DNA from: Candidatus Omnitrophota bacterium
GTDB taxonomy: Bacteria; Omnitrophota; Gorgyraeia; Zapsychrales; Zapsychraceae
NCBI GenBank assembly: GCA_029261065.1
Contig: JAJDCB010000019.1
Location: 11,659 to 75,658, forward strand
Length of the DNA: 64,000 nucleotides
Direction: 5' to 3'
Shown here: positions 10,439 to 19,006 of the stretch, piece by piece
How positions within the stretch are numbered: the stretch's first letter is position 1
Layout: each line of letters opens with the position of its first letter
The notes under the pieces: generated by a model
The model's database searches: none
Told to the model about the DNA's origin: nothing
The model's input: only the letters and a program-made list of their open reading frames with translations
Translations under genes and position numbers: made by a program

Positions 10439-10783
10439 TTAAGAATTATCTACAAATTGATGAAGCTTGTGTTTTGTTTGAGCAATAATCGATTCCGGAT
10501 CAAATTCTAAACCTGCGATATAACGATCACTATAACGCATCTTCGAAATCCATACAACGCGCGCCAAACACTCTACTTTCTTAAGATCATCCAATTGAAT
10601 CTGTATTGCTAGAGGCGTATTCATTGGTACAAAATGATTAATATTAACGCGTAAGCCTCCCTCACTTAAATCACTGGCTACACAACCGACAATATCTTCA
10701 TAACGCAAACTCTGGTATTGAACCGGTTGTTTAAATGGAATTCTTGAAAAAACGCGATTTTCTTCTTCCCCACTATTCTTCAC
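10439..10783 (-). CDS. Single-domain PilZ protein
   Basis: RVFSR and DLSEGG motifs, ARVVW...GLEF; start moved to GTG at 10783 behind GGAG. Confidence 0.85.
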   Translation of the reverse strand: MKNSGEEENRVFSRIPFKQPVQYQSLRYEDIVGCVASDLSEGGLRVNINHFVPMNTPLAIQIQLDDLKKVECLARVVWISKMRYSDRYIAGLEFDPESIIAQTKHKLHQFVDNS

Positions 10784-10826
10784 AAGATTGCTCCATTGTT
10801 TAAATGTCCAGGAGTTAAGCGTGAGC

Positions 10827-10854
10827 ATTATAACATAATCAACCTTACACTCAA
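10827..10854 (-). promoter_or_regulatory. Promoter for the PilZ gene
   Basis: TTGAGT-N16-TATAAT with TGn extended -10. Confidence 0.55.
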
Positions 10855-11104
10855 TGATTTTTTGCACAGACCATAAAAATCCAACGCTTCCTAAATGCCT
10901 GGAAAAAAGCACCTTACACCTTAAAAGTGAACACTTGGAAATCCAAAAATATGTGCTATATTTACATTAAGGATCGTTGAGGGGGGCATATTTATGATGA
11001 TGCCTAAACACTTTATTTTCAATAGGTTAGTAAATATTTAACGATGAAAAATATTCAGTGTTTAGGTTTACCTATTAAATAGGCCATGATATAATTGAGA
11101 CCAA

Positions 11105-11920
11105 ATGTATAAAGAATACTACAACCTCAAAGAAGATCCTTTCAACGTCACCTCAGATCCAGATTTTTTCTTCTCAAGTCTCAGGCATGCCGAGGCTTAT
11201 TCCCACTTACTTTACGGTATTAAACAACGCAAAGGCATCCTTGTCTTAACCGGTGAAATCGGCACAGGCAAAACTACGCTTTGTCGTACGCTTCTAAGTC
11301 GTCTTGATCACACCATTAAAACAGCCCTTGTTTTGAATCCAAAATTTTCTGATGTGCAGTTACTCAAACTCATCCTTAAAGATCTAGGCATTCAACAAGA
11401 CTTAAAGAATAAATTCGCTCTCATCGATGCCCTTAATGAGTTTCTTCTCAAAGAAACAAGCAAAGGAAATAACGTTGTCATCCTCATTGATGAGGCCCAA
11501 AACTTAAAGGTCAATCAATTAGAGCAAATCCGATTATTGTCCAACCTTGAAACGGAAAAAGCCAAGCTTCTACAAATTATTCTTGTCGGACAACCCGAAC
11601 TATATGACGTATTAAAATTACCAGAATTAAGACAACTTAATCAACGCGTAACGGTTCGTTATCATATTACTCCTCTTGATAAAAATGAAATGAAAGATTA
11701 TATCAATCATCGCCTCCTCGTTGCCTCTGGTGCGAACGCTAAACCAAAAGTAAAATTCACAGCAGAAGCCATTGAAGGGATTTATAACCTCTCAAAAGGC
11801 ATTCCTCGTATGATTAATATATTATGTGACAGAGCTTTATTGGCGGGATATGTTTCGGAAAACCCAGTCATTGATCTTAAAATCATTCATAAATGTGCCA
11901 GGGAGGTCGCTCATCGATGA
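11105..11920 (+). CDS. ExeA/GspA-family AAA ATPase (no C-terminal peptidoglycan-binding domain)
   Basis: MYKEYYNLKEDPF, GEIGTGKTT, IDEAQ, LVGQPEL, GIPRMINILCDRALL. Confidence 0.9.
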   Translation: MYKEYYNLKEDPFNVTSDPDFFFSSLRHAEAYSHLLYGIKQRKGILVLTGEIGTGKTTLCRTLLSRLDHTIKTALVLNPKFSDVQLLKLILKDLGIQQDLKNKFALIDALNEFLLKETSKGNNVVILIDEAQNLKVNQLEQIRLLSNLETEKAKLLQIILVGQPELYDVLKLPELRQLNQRVTVRYHITPLDKNEMKDYINHRLLVASGANAKPKVKFTAEAIEGIYNLSKGIPRMINILCDRALLAGYVSENPVIDLKIIHKCAREVAHR

Positions 11921-12435
11921 GTATTATTAATGACGCATTAAAAAAAGCACAATCAGACCTCACTCAAAACAACCAAAAAGAAGAAAAACCAAAAAAAACC
12001 ACAAAAAACATTTATGAAAAACTACATAAACCAAAACCTTCATCACAAACACCACAAGAGAAGACACCACCAAAGAAAAACAAAAACTTTCTTATCCCTA
12101 TTTTTCTCGTTATTATTATACTAGCTTTTTTAGGTGGATTAACAGCTTACTTACTCAAAGACAAACAACTCATCTCAAACATCAATTTTAGCCTGCCCAA
12201 ATTACCTAGCCCTATAGGTAAAACATCATCTACTAGAAGGAGCTATAACGATGGCGACCTCGTTTTAAGTGGCACAATGATGATGGAAGACAAACGAGTT
12301 GCCTTAATTAATGACGAGGTTTATGAAGTAGGAGACACCATTAATGGCAACCGCATCATGTCTATTTCTCTTAAAAAAGTTGAAATCATGAACCCCAAAG
12401 GAAAGACTGTTACATTACGCGTGGGTCGAAATTAA
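11917..12435 (+). CDS. ExeB/GspB-like membrane protein
   Basis: ATGA overlap with exeA; MSIINDALKKAQ N-terminus, one TM helix, C-terminal LSG...ALIN...GD.I beta domain. Confidence 0.75.
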   Translation: MSIINDALKKAQSDLTQNNQKEEKPKKTTKNIYEKLHKPKPSSQTPQEKTPPKKNKNFLIPIFLVIIILAFLGGLTAYLLKDKQLISNINFSLPKLPSPIGKTSSTRRSYNDGDLVLSGTMMMEDKRVALINDEVYEVGDTINGNRIMSISLKKVEIMNPKGKTVTLRVGRN

Positions 12436-13520
12436 GCTATATATTTTTTTATTGCAGAAATAATCTTAGACTCTTTAACACCATCAACAACCTTTACCTG
12501 CCCAATACCCCGAGCCAGCACAAATCTATTTTTGCCTGCTACAAATTTTTTGTCATGTCTCATCATCAGCAAAATTCTTGGAACTTTCAACTTTTTAATA
12601 CATTTTGGTAAACCAACTTTCGAGATAATTTCATTTAATTTACTCTCATCTTCCGTTGTAAGGTAACGATGTTGCACAGATAGATTAGCCGCAATCCTCA
12701 TTCCTAAACCTACCGCCTCTCCATGCTGATAAAGTTTAAATTCCCCAGCAGCCTCAATGGCGTGACCTACCGTATGGCCAAAATTAAGAATGGTCCGAAT
12801 ATTTTTCGTTTCTTTTTCATCCTTTAAAACAACCTCTGTCTTTATTTGCGAGCATCGTCGAACAATATATTCCAAAGCTATAAGCTTTTTATTCATAATA
12901 TCTTTACAGTTCTTAACAATATGATTAAAAAAACGTTTATCATAAATAACACCATATTTAATGACTTCTGCCATACCGTTTTTAATCTGACGCGTTGGTA
13001 AAGATTTTAAAACTTTCACATCACTAAAAACCATTCGCGGCTGATAAAAAGCCCCAACTAAATTCTTTCCAACGGGCAGATCAACAGCTACTTTACCACC
13101 GATTGCAGAATCGATTTGCGCTAAAAAGGATGTTGGCACCTGCACGTAAGGAATTCCTCTTTTATAAGCGCTAGCAACATAACCAGCCAAATCTCCAATA
13201 ACACCACCACCCAAAGCAATAATGAAAGGTTGCTTAAAAATATCGTATCGAGCAATCGCCGCCATCAATTGAAAAGCGACAGTAGCGGACTTACTTGCCT
13301 CTCCATCGGCTACCGTTAAGACTTTGCTCGTAAAGCCATGCCTTTTTAACGAAAGACAAATCGTTTTTCCATACAATCTATTTATCTTTGCATTAGTAAT
13401 AATGATGGCATCTTTCCCCACAGCCAACTTCTTTACATACAATCCTAATTGAGACAAGATGCCTTGACCAATATAGATGTCATAGGGATTTTGTTTAAGT
13501 TTGACACTAATCTTTTTCAT
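12432..13520 (-). CDS. aroB: 3-dehydroquinate synthase
   Basis: GGGVIGDLAGY, DSAIGGK, KNLVGAFYQP, LNFGHTVGHA, HGEAV. Confidence 0.97.
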   Translation of the reverse strand: MKKISVKLKQNPYDIYIGQGILSQLGLYVKKLAVGKDAIIITNAKINRLYGKTICLSLKRHGFTSKVLTVADGEASKSATVAFQLMAAIARYDIFKQPFIIALGGGVIGDLAGYVASAYKRGIPYVQVPTSFLAQIDSAIGGKVAVDLPVGKNLVGAFYQPRMVFSDVKVLKSLPTRQIKNGMAEVIKYGVIYDKRFFNHIVKNCKDIMNKKLIALEYIVRRCSQIKTEVVLKDEKETKNIRTILNFGHTVGHAIEAAGEFKLYQHGEAVGLGMRIAANLSVQHRYLTTEDESKLNEIISKVGLPKCIKKLKVPRILLMMRHDKKFVAGKNRFVLARGIGQVKVVDGVKESKIISAIKKYIA

Positions 13521-14134
13521 TATATTTCAATTCCTAAAATATTACACATCACGCGAATGACAGGCAACAATACTCTTTCAAATACGCCCATATATAAAAG
13601 AATCATAACTATAACAATACCATATGGCTCAAGCCTTAAATATTTAATGGCTAATTGATTCGGCAATAAAAAAGCAACCAGTCTCGAACCATCTAATGGC
13701 GGAATAGGCATCATATTAAAAACAATTAATACTAAATTAATAATAACAGCATTAAGACAAACTTCAAACATCGCATCAGAAAGTTCAAGTCGTATTATTT
13801 GACTAAAAATAATCGCCAATACTAAATTCACTAAAGGGCCTGCCATCCCCACCAACATCATGTCTCGCTTCGGTTGACGTAACTGCGCCATATTGACAGG
13901 CACAGGCTTAGCCCAACCAAGTGGTATAACAGGATAACCTAAACTTTGAAGTGTAACAAGTATGCCGGGCAGGATGATTGTGCCGAATGGATCAACGTGT
14001 TTAATAGGATTAAGCGTTAAACGTCCAGCTTTTTTTGCCGTAGTATCGCCTAACCAATAAGCCACAATACCGTGAGCAAATTCGTGAAGAACAATAGCAA
14101 AAATTATGATAACAACGATATATAAAGTATTCAT
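13520..14134 (-). CDS. Site-2 (M50) intramembrane metalloprotease
   Basis: HEFAH, GRLTLNP, WAKPVP, NxxPIPPLDG. Confidence 0.92.
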   Translation of the reverse strand: MNTLYIVVIIIFAIVLHEFAHGIVAYWLGDTTAKKAGRLTLNPIKHVDPFGTIILPGILVTLQSLGYPVIPLGWAKPVPVNMAQLRQPKRDMMLVGMAGPLVNLVLAIIFSQIIRLELSDAMFEVCLNAVIINLVLIVFNMMPIPPLDGSRLVAFLLPNQLAIKYLRLEPYGIVIVMILLYMGVFERVLLPVIRVMCNILGIEI

Positions 14135-14959
14135 TTAAAGAATTAAATGCACTTCCTGGACATCTATAACAGGATAGGAAAAGTGTGATTCCTCCGTTGT
14201 TATCAATTCTCCTTTAATGGAGACTTTATAATGAAGAAAATCATCGAGGATATATCTTAAGCCTTGTAGGTAATACGTTGGTTTACCATCGATGCTAATT
14301 TTGTGAGCTATAATATCAGAACCGGTTAAGGATTCTTGAGAAAGAAAACCTTCAGCCGTTACGCCCTTAGAAACAACAATCGTTTCAACAGGCATATTCT
14401 TTTTTTGTTCTTTCTTTAATTTTTGATAAAAAGCTTTTTCTTTCCTATCTTCAATTCTTGTCACAAGCTGATCAGGATCATAATCGTCTACAGTATTGGA
14501 GTAAAAGGTTAAAAACTTTTCATTAACCCAGCCATGACTATTGTCTAATGGTTCAATCTGATACCAGCCTGCGTTATGACCAGTCACAGTAACGGAGTCA
14601 CCCGCCTTAAGCTGCCCGAGTACTGTAAACTCAGGGCCTGCACCAGCACGCACATTAACACGAGAACCAATGACCTCCCCATTTCTTTCATCATGAAGAA
14701 GCACAAATTCATCGCTAATATACGATTTAGCAACTTTAGGAAGTTCAATCTTATACCAACTAAAACGTTTCTCAACAACGACCACACGGTCGCCTTCATT
14801 TAATCGGGAAATTTTTTCGAAATTTGTATTTTCACCAGCGCGCACATTAACATTACGCGCATTAACTTCTGCAACAAAAGGAAAAAACTCTTGTCGCGCT
14901 TGGGCTTGGGTACATATTGCCAATAGCAAAGCTATAGATAGAATTAATCTTTTGGCCAT
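14135..14959 (-). CDS. Secreted protein with two SH3b domains
   Basis: Signal peptide; two VNVRAG...WY.I repeats. Confidence 0.85.
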   Translation of the reverse strand: MAKRLILSIALLLAICTQAQARQEFFPFVAEVNARNVNVRAGENTNFEKISRLNEGDRVVVVEKRFSWYKIELPKVAKSYISDEFVLLHDERNGEVIGSRVNVRAGAGPEFTVLGQLKAGDSVTVTGHNAGWYQIEPLDNSHGWVNEKFLTFYSNTVDDYDPDQLVTRIEDRKEKAFYQKLKKEQKKNMPVETIVVSKGVTAEGFLSQESLTGSDIIAHKISIDGKPTYYLQGLRYILDDFLHYKVSIKGELITTEESHFSYPVIDVQEVHLIL

Positions 14960-15004
14960 TTTATGGAAGGATTAGAGTTGATTGTGATTTATCAAAAAGA
15001 TAAT

Positions 15005-15223
15005 TTATGCTTTATCTTCTTTAGGAGCATCTTCAGCGGCTTCTTCTTTTTCTTTCTTTTGTGCCTTAATCTTCACAATCTTGGTTTTAGGTAGGGATGT
15101 CACGGAACGACCATCTTCCCAAAGACCCTTTTTCATAAGATCTTTAATACGCTCAATTCGTGTTAAGACGGTTCGTTGCTGTGCTCCGGCCGAGTCTACT
15201 TTTAATGATGGATGTAACGACAT
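15005..15223 (-). CDS. PVC-superphylum small basic (signature) protein
   Basis: MSLHPSLK...RTVLTRIERI..L...G.W...S..SLPK matches the PVC signature pattern; start at ATG 15223 (TAATG overlap with the SPOR gene). Confidence 0.85.
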   Translation of the reverse strand: MSLHPSLKVDSAGAQQRTVLTRIERIKDLMKKGLWEDGRSVTSLPKTKIVKIKAQKKEKEEAAEDAPKEDKA

Positions 15224-15837
15224 TATAATCTCCTTACTAAACAATCTTTATATTTATTTTTTAACTTACTTGAAAATCTTTCCGCTTCTAGCTTTGCTAT
15301 AAATTTTCCGACACAGACAATGGAATGACTCCCCTTAGGAACGACATGAGACTCATAACCTTTTTTCTTAAGAGTCAACGCCTCTTTTCTGGCATTCACT
15401 TCACGCTTAAATGAAGCAACCTGAATCGTGTAATTATTTAAAGGAACGTCTTCTTCAATTTCTTCAATGGCAGGAATCTTTAATACTTCAATCTTCTCTT
15501 CCTTAACCTTTGAGCTAGCACTATTTGACCTTGCGGAATCCTTTTCAACAACCTGTATCTTTGTCTCTGTAGGAGGTTCAATTATAGCATTTTCTGTCAA
15601 TTTTGCATCATTATTTTTTGAAGCCTCTGCTGTTGAAAAATCCGTCATTTTTCCCTTCTCAACGCCATATGAAAAAGCAAGGACAAACCCCATAACGACA
15701 ATAATGAGAATAACAATAATATTTTCAATAGGAAAAGTTAAATCTCTCAGGAGGAATCTTTTTTTTTCAGGTTCCTGAGGATTATTCTTTGATTGTGGAA
15801 ACAACTCAAATTGGGATTGATTTTGGAAGTGCGACAT
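15223..15837 (-). CDS. Membrane-anchored SPOR domain protein
   Basis: N-terminal TM helix (FSYGVEKGK), linker, YTIQVASF...A..L...G...VCVGKF. Confidence 0.88.
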   Translation of the reverse strand: MSHFQNQSQFELFPQSKNNPQEPEKKRFLLRDLTFPIENIIVILIIVVMGFVLAFSYGVEKGKMTDFSTAEASKNNDAKLTENAIIEPPTETKIQVVEKDSARSNSASSKVKEEKIEVLKIPAIEEIEEDVPLNNYTIQVASFKREVNARKEALTLKKKGYESHVVPKGSHSIVCVGKFIAKLEAERFSSKLKNKYKDCLVRRL

Positions 15838-15844
15838 GAAAAGT

Positions 15845-15874
15845 ATTATACCCTAACTAAGAGGTCAAACTCAA
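15845..15874 (-). promoter_or_regulatory. Probable leaderless promoter of the SPOR gene
   Basis: TTGAGT-N18-TATAAT ending 7 nt before the ATG; no SD. Confidence 0.5.
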
Positions 15875-16924
15875 GTATTTTCTAAACTTTTTTTGCTTAC
15901 TTAGTGAGATGAAAGCACTTATGACTTTTGGGTCAAATTGGGTTCCACTGTGCTTTTTAAGGTCATTTATGGCCTCAGCAACCGTTTTTCGCTCTTTATA
16001 TGGCCTTTCTCGTGTCATCGCCTCAAAGGCATCACACACCGCCATGACCCTGGCTCCTAGGGGTATCTGCTCTTTTCGTAATCCTGATGGATAGCCAGAT
16101 CCATCATAATGTTCATGATGATATAAAATATAGGGGAGTACTGGTTTTAAAAATTCAACGGGTTTAATTAATTCAGCGCTCCTCGTGGGCTGCTCTCGAA
16201 TGATCTTAAATTCCTCAGGAGTCAGCTGACTCTTTTTAGCTAAAATTTCATACGGCACATCAATCGCGCCCGTCGCTCTTAAAACGCTAGCATAATACAA
16301 ACTATCCACCTCATCTTTAGGAATTTTGAGTTTCTCGGCGACAGATTTGACGATATTAAAATAGACCGGTGTATGGGTATTATTTGTTCGACCATATTGA
16401 CGCAATAAACTGCCAATAAATTTAATGCTTCCTAAAATTGCTTTTTGTTGCTCTTCGTATAACTGTAAATTTTTAATCGCCGTAACGGATTGTTCCACGA
16501 CAACAGAGAGCATCTCTTTATCAAACTCTTGAAACCTTCTCTCCTTCTTTTTTCTTTCGATAAATATCGCACCAATAATATCTTCACCCACTAAGGGAAG
16601 AGCAATCAAATGAGGTTCAAAGATGCTATAGCCTGATAAAACTTTTTTTTCATTATCGGTAATTTTTGCTAAATCTTTTTTCTTTGTAACAAGAATATTT
16701 ATTTTATTATCAAATATGGCCTTTAAAATTATTTTTTTCTTTTTAGGGTCAAGAATATAAATTGTCGAGGAACTTGCCTTAATAAATTGACATAACAAAC
16801 GTGTTAAACGTAACGTCAACTCTTGCAAGTTGTATGTAGAGTTTACTAACCTATAAACCATATGCACGGCAGATAATACAAGCCTATACTTTTTGGTAAG
16901 GATCGAAGAGTTTTTTGTGCTCAT
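15857..16924 (-). CDS. GAF plus degenerate HD-GYP domain protein
   Basis: GAF-like N-terminus; HHEHYDGSGYP, ARVMAVCDAFEAM, RPY present, but HDIGK replaced by RATGA. Confidence 0.85.
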   Translation of the reverse strand: MSTKNSSILTKKYRLVLSAVHMVYRLVNSTYNLQELTLRLTRLLCQFIKASSSTIYILDPKKKKIILKAIFDNKINILVTKKKDLAKITDNEKKVLSGYSIFEPHLIALPLVGEDIIGAIFIERKKKERRFQEFDKEMLSVVVEQSVTAIKNLQLYEEQQKAILGSIKFIGSLLRQYGRTNNTHTPVYFNIVKSVAEKLKIPKDEVDSLYYASVLRATGAIDVPYEILAKKSQLTPEEFKIIREQPTRSAELIKPVEFLKPVLPYILYHHEHYDGSGYPSGLRKEQIPLGARVMAVCDAFEAMTRERPYKERKTVAEAINDLKKHSGTQFDPKVISAFISLSKQKKFRKYLSLTS

Positions 16925-18053
16925 CTAGGGCATACCTATCTGTCATTGATGCAATGTAATTGCAACAAATTTCATATATTTCCTTTTCCGAATATTCAAC
17001 ATCTCGTTGATAAATCTTATAAGGAAGTTGATTTGGATTTTTCTTATAAACATCAAATAAATCATTAATAATACGTCGAGCCTTCTCTGTCATGCGCTCA
17101 ACTCGATAATGATGATAAAGTTTTTTATTTAACAAATTCTGAAGAAAATTTCTTTGCTCTGCCATCGCCGGACTATAACCGATAATCGTCTCTTTATTCT
17201 TTTTAACATCTGCTGATGAGCTAAAATTTTTCTCAGACAATTTTTTATCTGAATGAGCTAAGAGATCTCGGATTTGCATATCAAGCAAGGCTTTAACGAT
17301 CTGATACTTCATCACCTCAATATCATTGACCTTTAAAGCATCTTCAATCATTTTATAAGCGCGTTGCCACAACTCGCTATCCATCAAATCAGAATCTTCA
17401 ATGCATCCCGAGGTAAGACCATCATCAATATCATGTGTTAGATACGCCAGAGAATCCGCTATGTCGACAACCTGCGCCTCAAGGGTTGGTTGCTCTTTAA
17501 GATCTTCATCCTCCCCCTCAACATCATAGATCGTATTATGTTTTAGAATTCCTACTAACACTTCCTTCGATAAATTTAACCCATCATAATTAGGATAACG
17601 TTTCTCAAACTTTGTGACAATGTCATAGCTACGTTTATTATGATTAAATCCTGCGCTTTCTAAATTTGCCGCTTTAAGGATATCATCAAGAGCGTATTCA
17701 CCGGCATGCCCAAAGGGCGGATGACCTAAATCATGAGCTAAGGCTATTGCTTCTATAAGATCTTCGTTTAATTGTAATGATCGGCCAATTGTTCGGGCAA
17801 TTTGAGCAACTTCGATGGTATGCGTTAATCGCGTCCTGTAATAATCGCCTTCAAATATAACAAAAACTTGTGTTTTAGATTCAAGTTTTCGAAAGGCCTC
17901 GCAATGAACAACACGATCCCTATCACGTTGAAAACACGTTCTAAACTCGTGATCGTCTTCATTGTAAAAACGTCCGACGGAATCTTGGCTTTTCATCGCA
18001 TAAGGAGCCAAAACGTGTTGTTCTAATTTTTCAGTGTCTTTTCTTGTACGCAT
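16884..18053 (-). CDS. dgt: dNTP triphosphohydrolase (dGTPase, short form)
   Basis: FQRDRDR, KTQVF, RTRLTHT, HDLGHPPFGHAGE, AYLTHDIDD, IASMTD. Confidence 0.93.
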   Translation of the reverse strand: MRTRKDTEKLEQHVLAPYAMKSQDSVGRFYNEDDHEFRTCFQRDRDRVVHCEAFRKLESKTQVFVIFEGDYYRTRLTHTIEVAQIARTIGRSLQLNEDLIEAIALAHDLGHPPFGHAGEYALDDILKAANLESAGFNHNKRSYDIVTKFEKRYPNYDGLNLSKEVLVGILKHNTIYDVEGEDEDLKEQPTLEAQVVDIADSLAYLTHDIDDGLTSGCIEDSDLMDSELWQRAYKMIEDALKVNDIEVMKYQIVKALLDMQIRDLLAHSDKKLSEKNFSSSADVKKNKETIIGYSPAMAEQRNFLQNLLNKKLYHHYRVERMTEKARRIINDLFDVYKKNPNQLPYKIYQRDVEYSEKEIYEICCNYIASMTDRYALDEHKKLFDPYQKV

Positions 18054-18522
18054 CAGTTAATAATTTATGAACAGATTTAAGGGATTGAGAAATCACTTTT
18101 GTGGAAGCTGTCACAGGCATAAAATTGACATCTCCTTTCCATCGTGGGACAACATGCACATGCAAATGACCAGGAAAGCCGGCACCTGCTGCTCGACCTA
18201 AATTAATGCCAATATTATAACCATTAGGCTTTAATACGTCATCTAATAATTTTTTCGCCACATCTAACGCATCAAACAAATCTTCTCGCTCTTCCCTTTT
18301 TAGCTTGCTTATATCATTGACATGGCGATTGGGGACAATAAGCAAATGACCATTATTATACGGATATAAATTAAGAATAACAGAACTCAATTTTGTCCGC
18401 ATGACGACAAAATTTGTTTTATCTTTTTTTTCTTTCAATATACGACAAAAAACACAGGCTTTATTCTCTTTGATATGTTTGGTCACATACTGCTCTCGCC
18501 ATGGCGCCCACAATTTGTCCAT
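18031..18522 (-). CDS. HIT-family protein (Ap4A phosphorylase-like)
   Basis: LWAPWR, CVFC, LNLYPYNNGH, HLHVHVVPRW. Confidence 0.9.
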   Translation of the reverse strand: MDKLWAPWREQYVTKHIKENKACVFCRILKEKKDKTNFVVMRTKLSSVILNLYPYNNGHLLIVPNRHVNDISKLKREEREDLFDALDVAKKLLDDVLKPNGYNIGINLGRAAGAGFPGHLHVHVVPRWKGDVNFMPVTASTKVISQSLKSVHKLLTDAYKKRH

Positions 18523-18523
18523 A

Positions 18524-19006
18524 TTATTCCTTTACTTTAATTTCTTTGGCGGTAATTTTATCATTCTTTAATTCTAATATCCCATACGCACAATAAGGAG
18601 CTGTAATCATATCGTTAGGGCTTCCTGGATTAAAATATAAAACATCATCAATGGTTTCATTAAAAGGTATATGCGAATGGCCAAAAATAACAATATCTAT
18701 GGAATCATTTTTAAATTTTTCTTTGGTAAATTCCAAAGTTCTTTTGGCTGGCCCTTCCCCATGAAATAATCCAATCTTAAAACCTTCCAACGTTATCACT
18801 TGTTTTTCAGGAAACAGCTTTCTTATCTGAGGGTCATCCATATTACCATAGACAGCCTCGACATCCTTTATTTTCGTAAAAATTTCTAAATCTTTTAAAG
18901 AACAAAAATCACCGGCATGAATAATAAGATCAACGGACTTAAAATCTTTTAAGAGTTGCTTGGGAACCTCTCGAGAATGTGTGTCGGCTACTATACCTAT
19001 TTTCAT
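18524..19006 (-). CDS. YfcE/MJ0936-family metallophosphoesterase
   Basis: ADTH, HAGD, GNMD, FHG, FGHSH, NPGS. Confidence 0.9.
   Translation of the reverse strand: MKIGIVADTHSREVPKQLLKDFKSVDLIIHAGDFCSLKDLEIFTKIKDVEAVYGNMDDPQIRKLFPEKQVITLEGFKIGLFHGEGPAKRTLEFTKEKFKNDSIDIVIFGHSHIPFNETIDDVLYFNPGSPNDMITAPYCAYGILELKNDKITAKEIKVKE

Noticed and set aside
16884-18053. dGTPase as a stand-alone antiphage gene in a defence island
   Set aside because: Ordinary short Dgt type in a core operon with no mobile or defence neighbours; kept only as part of the speculative cassette.
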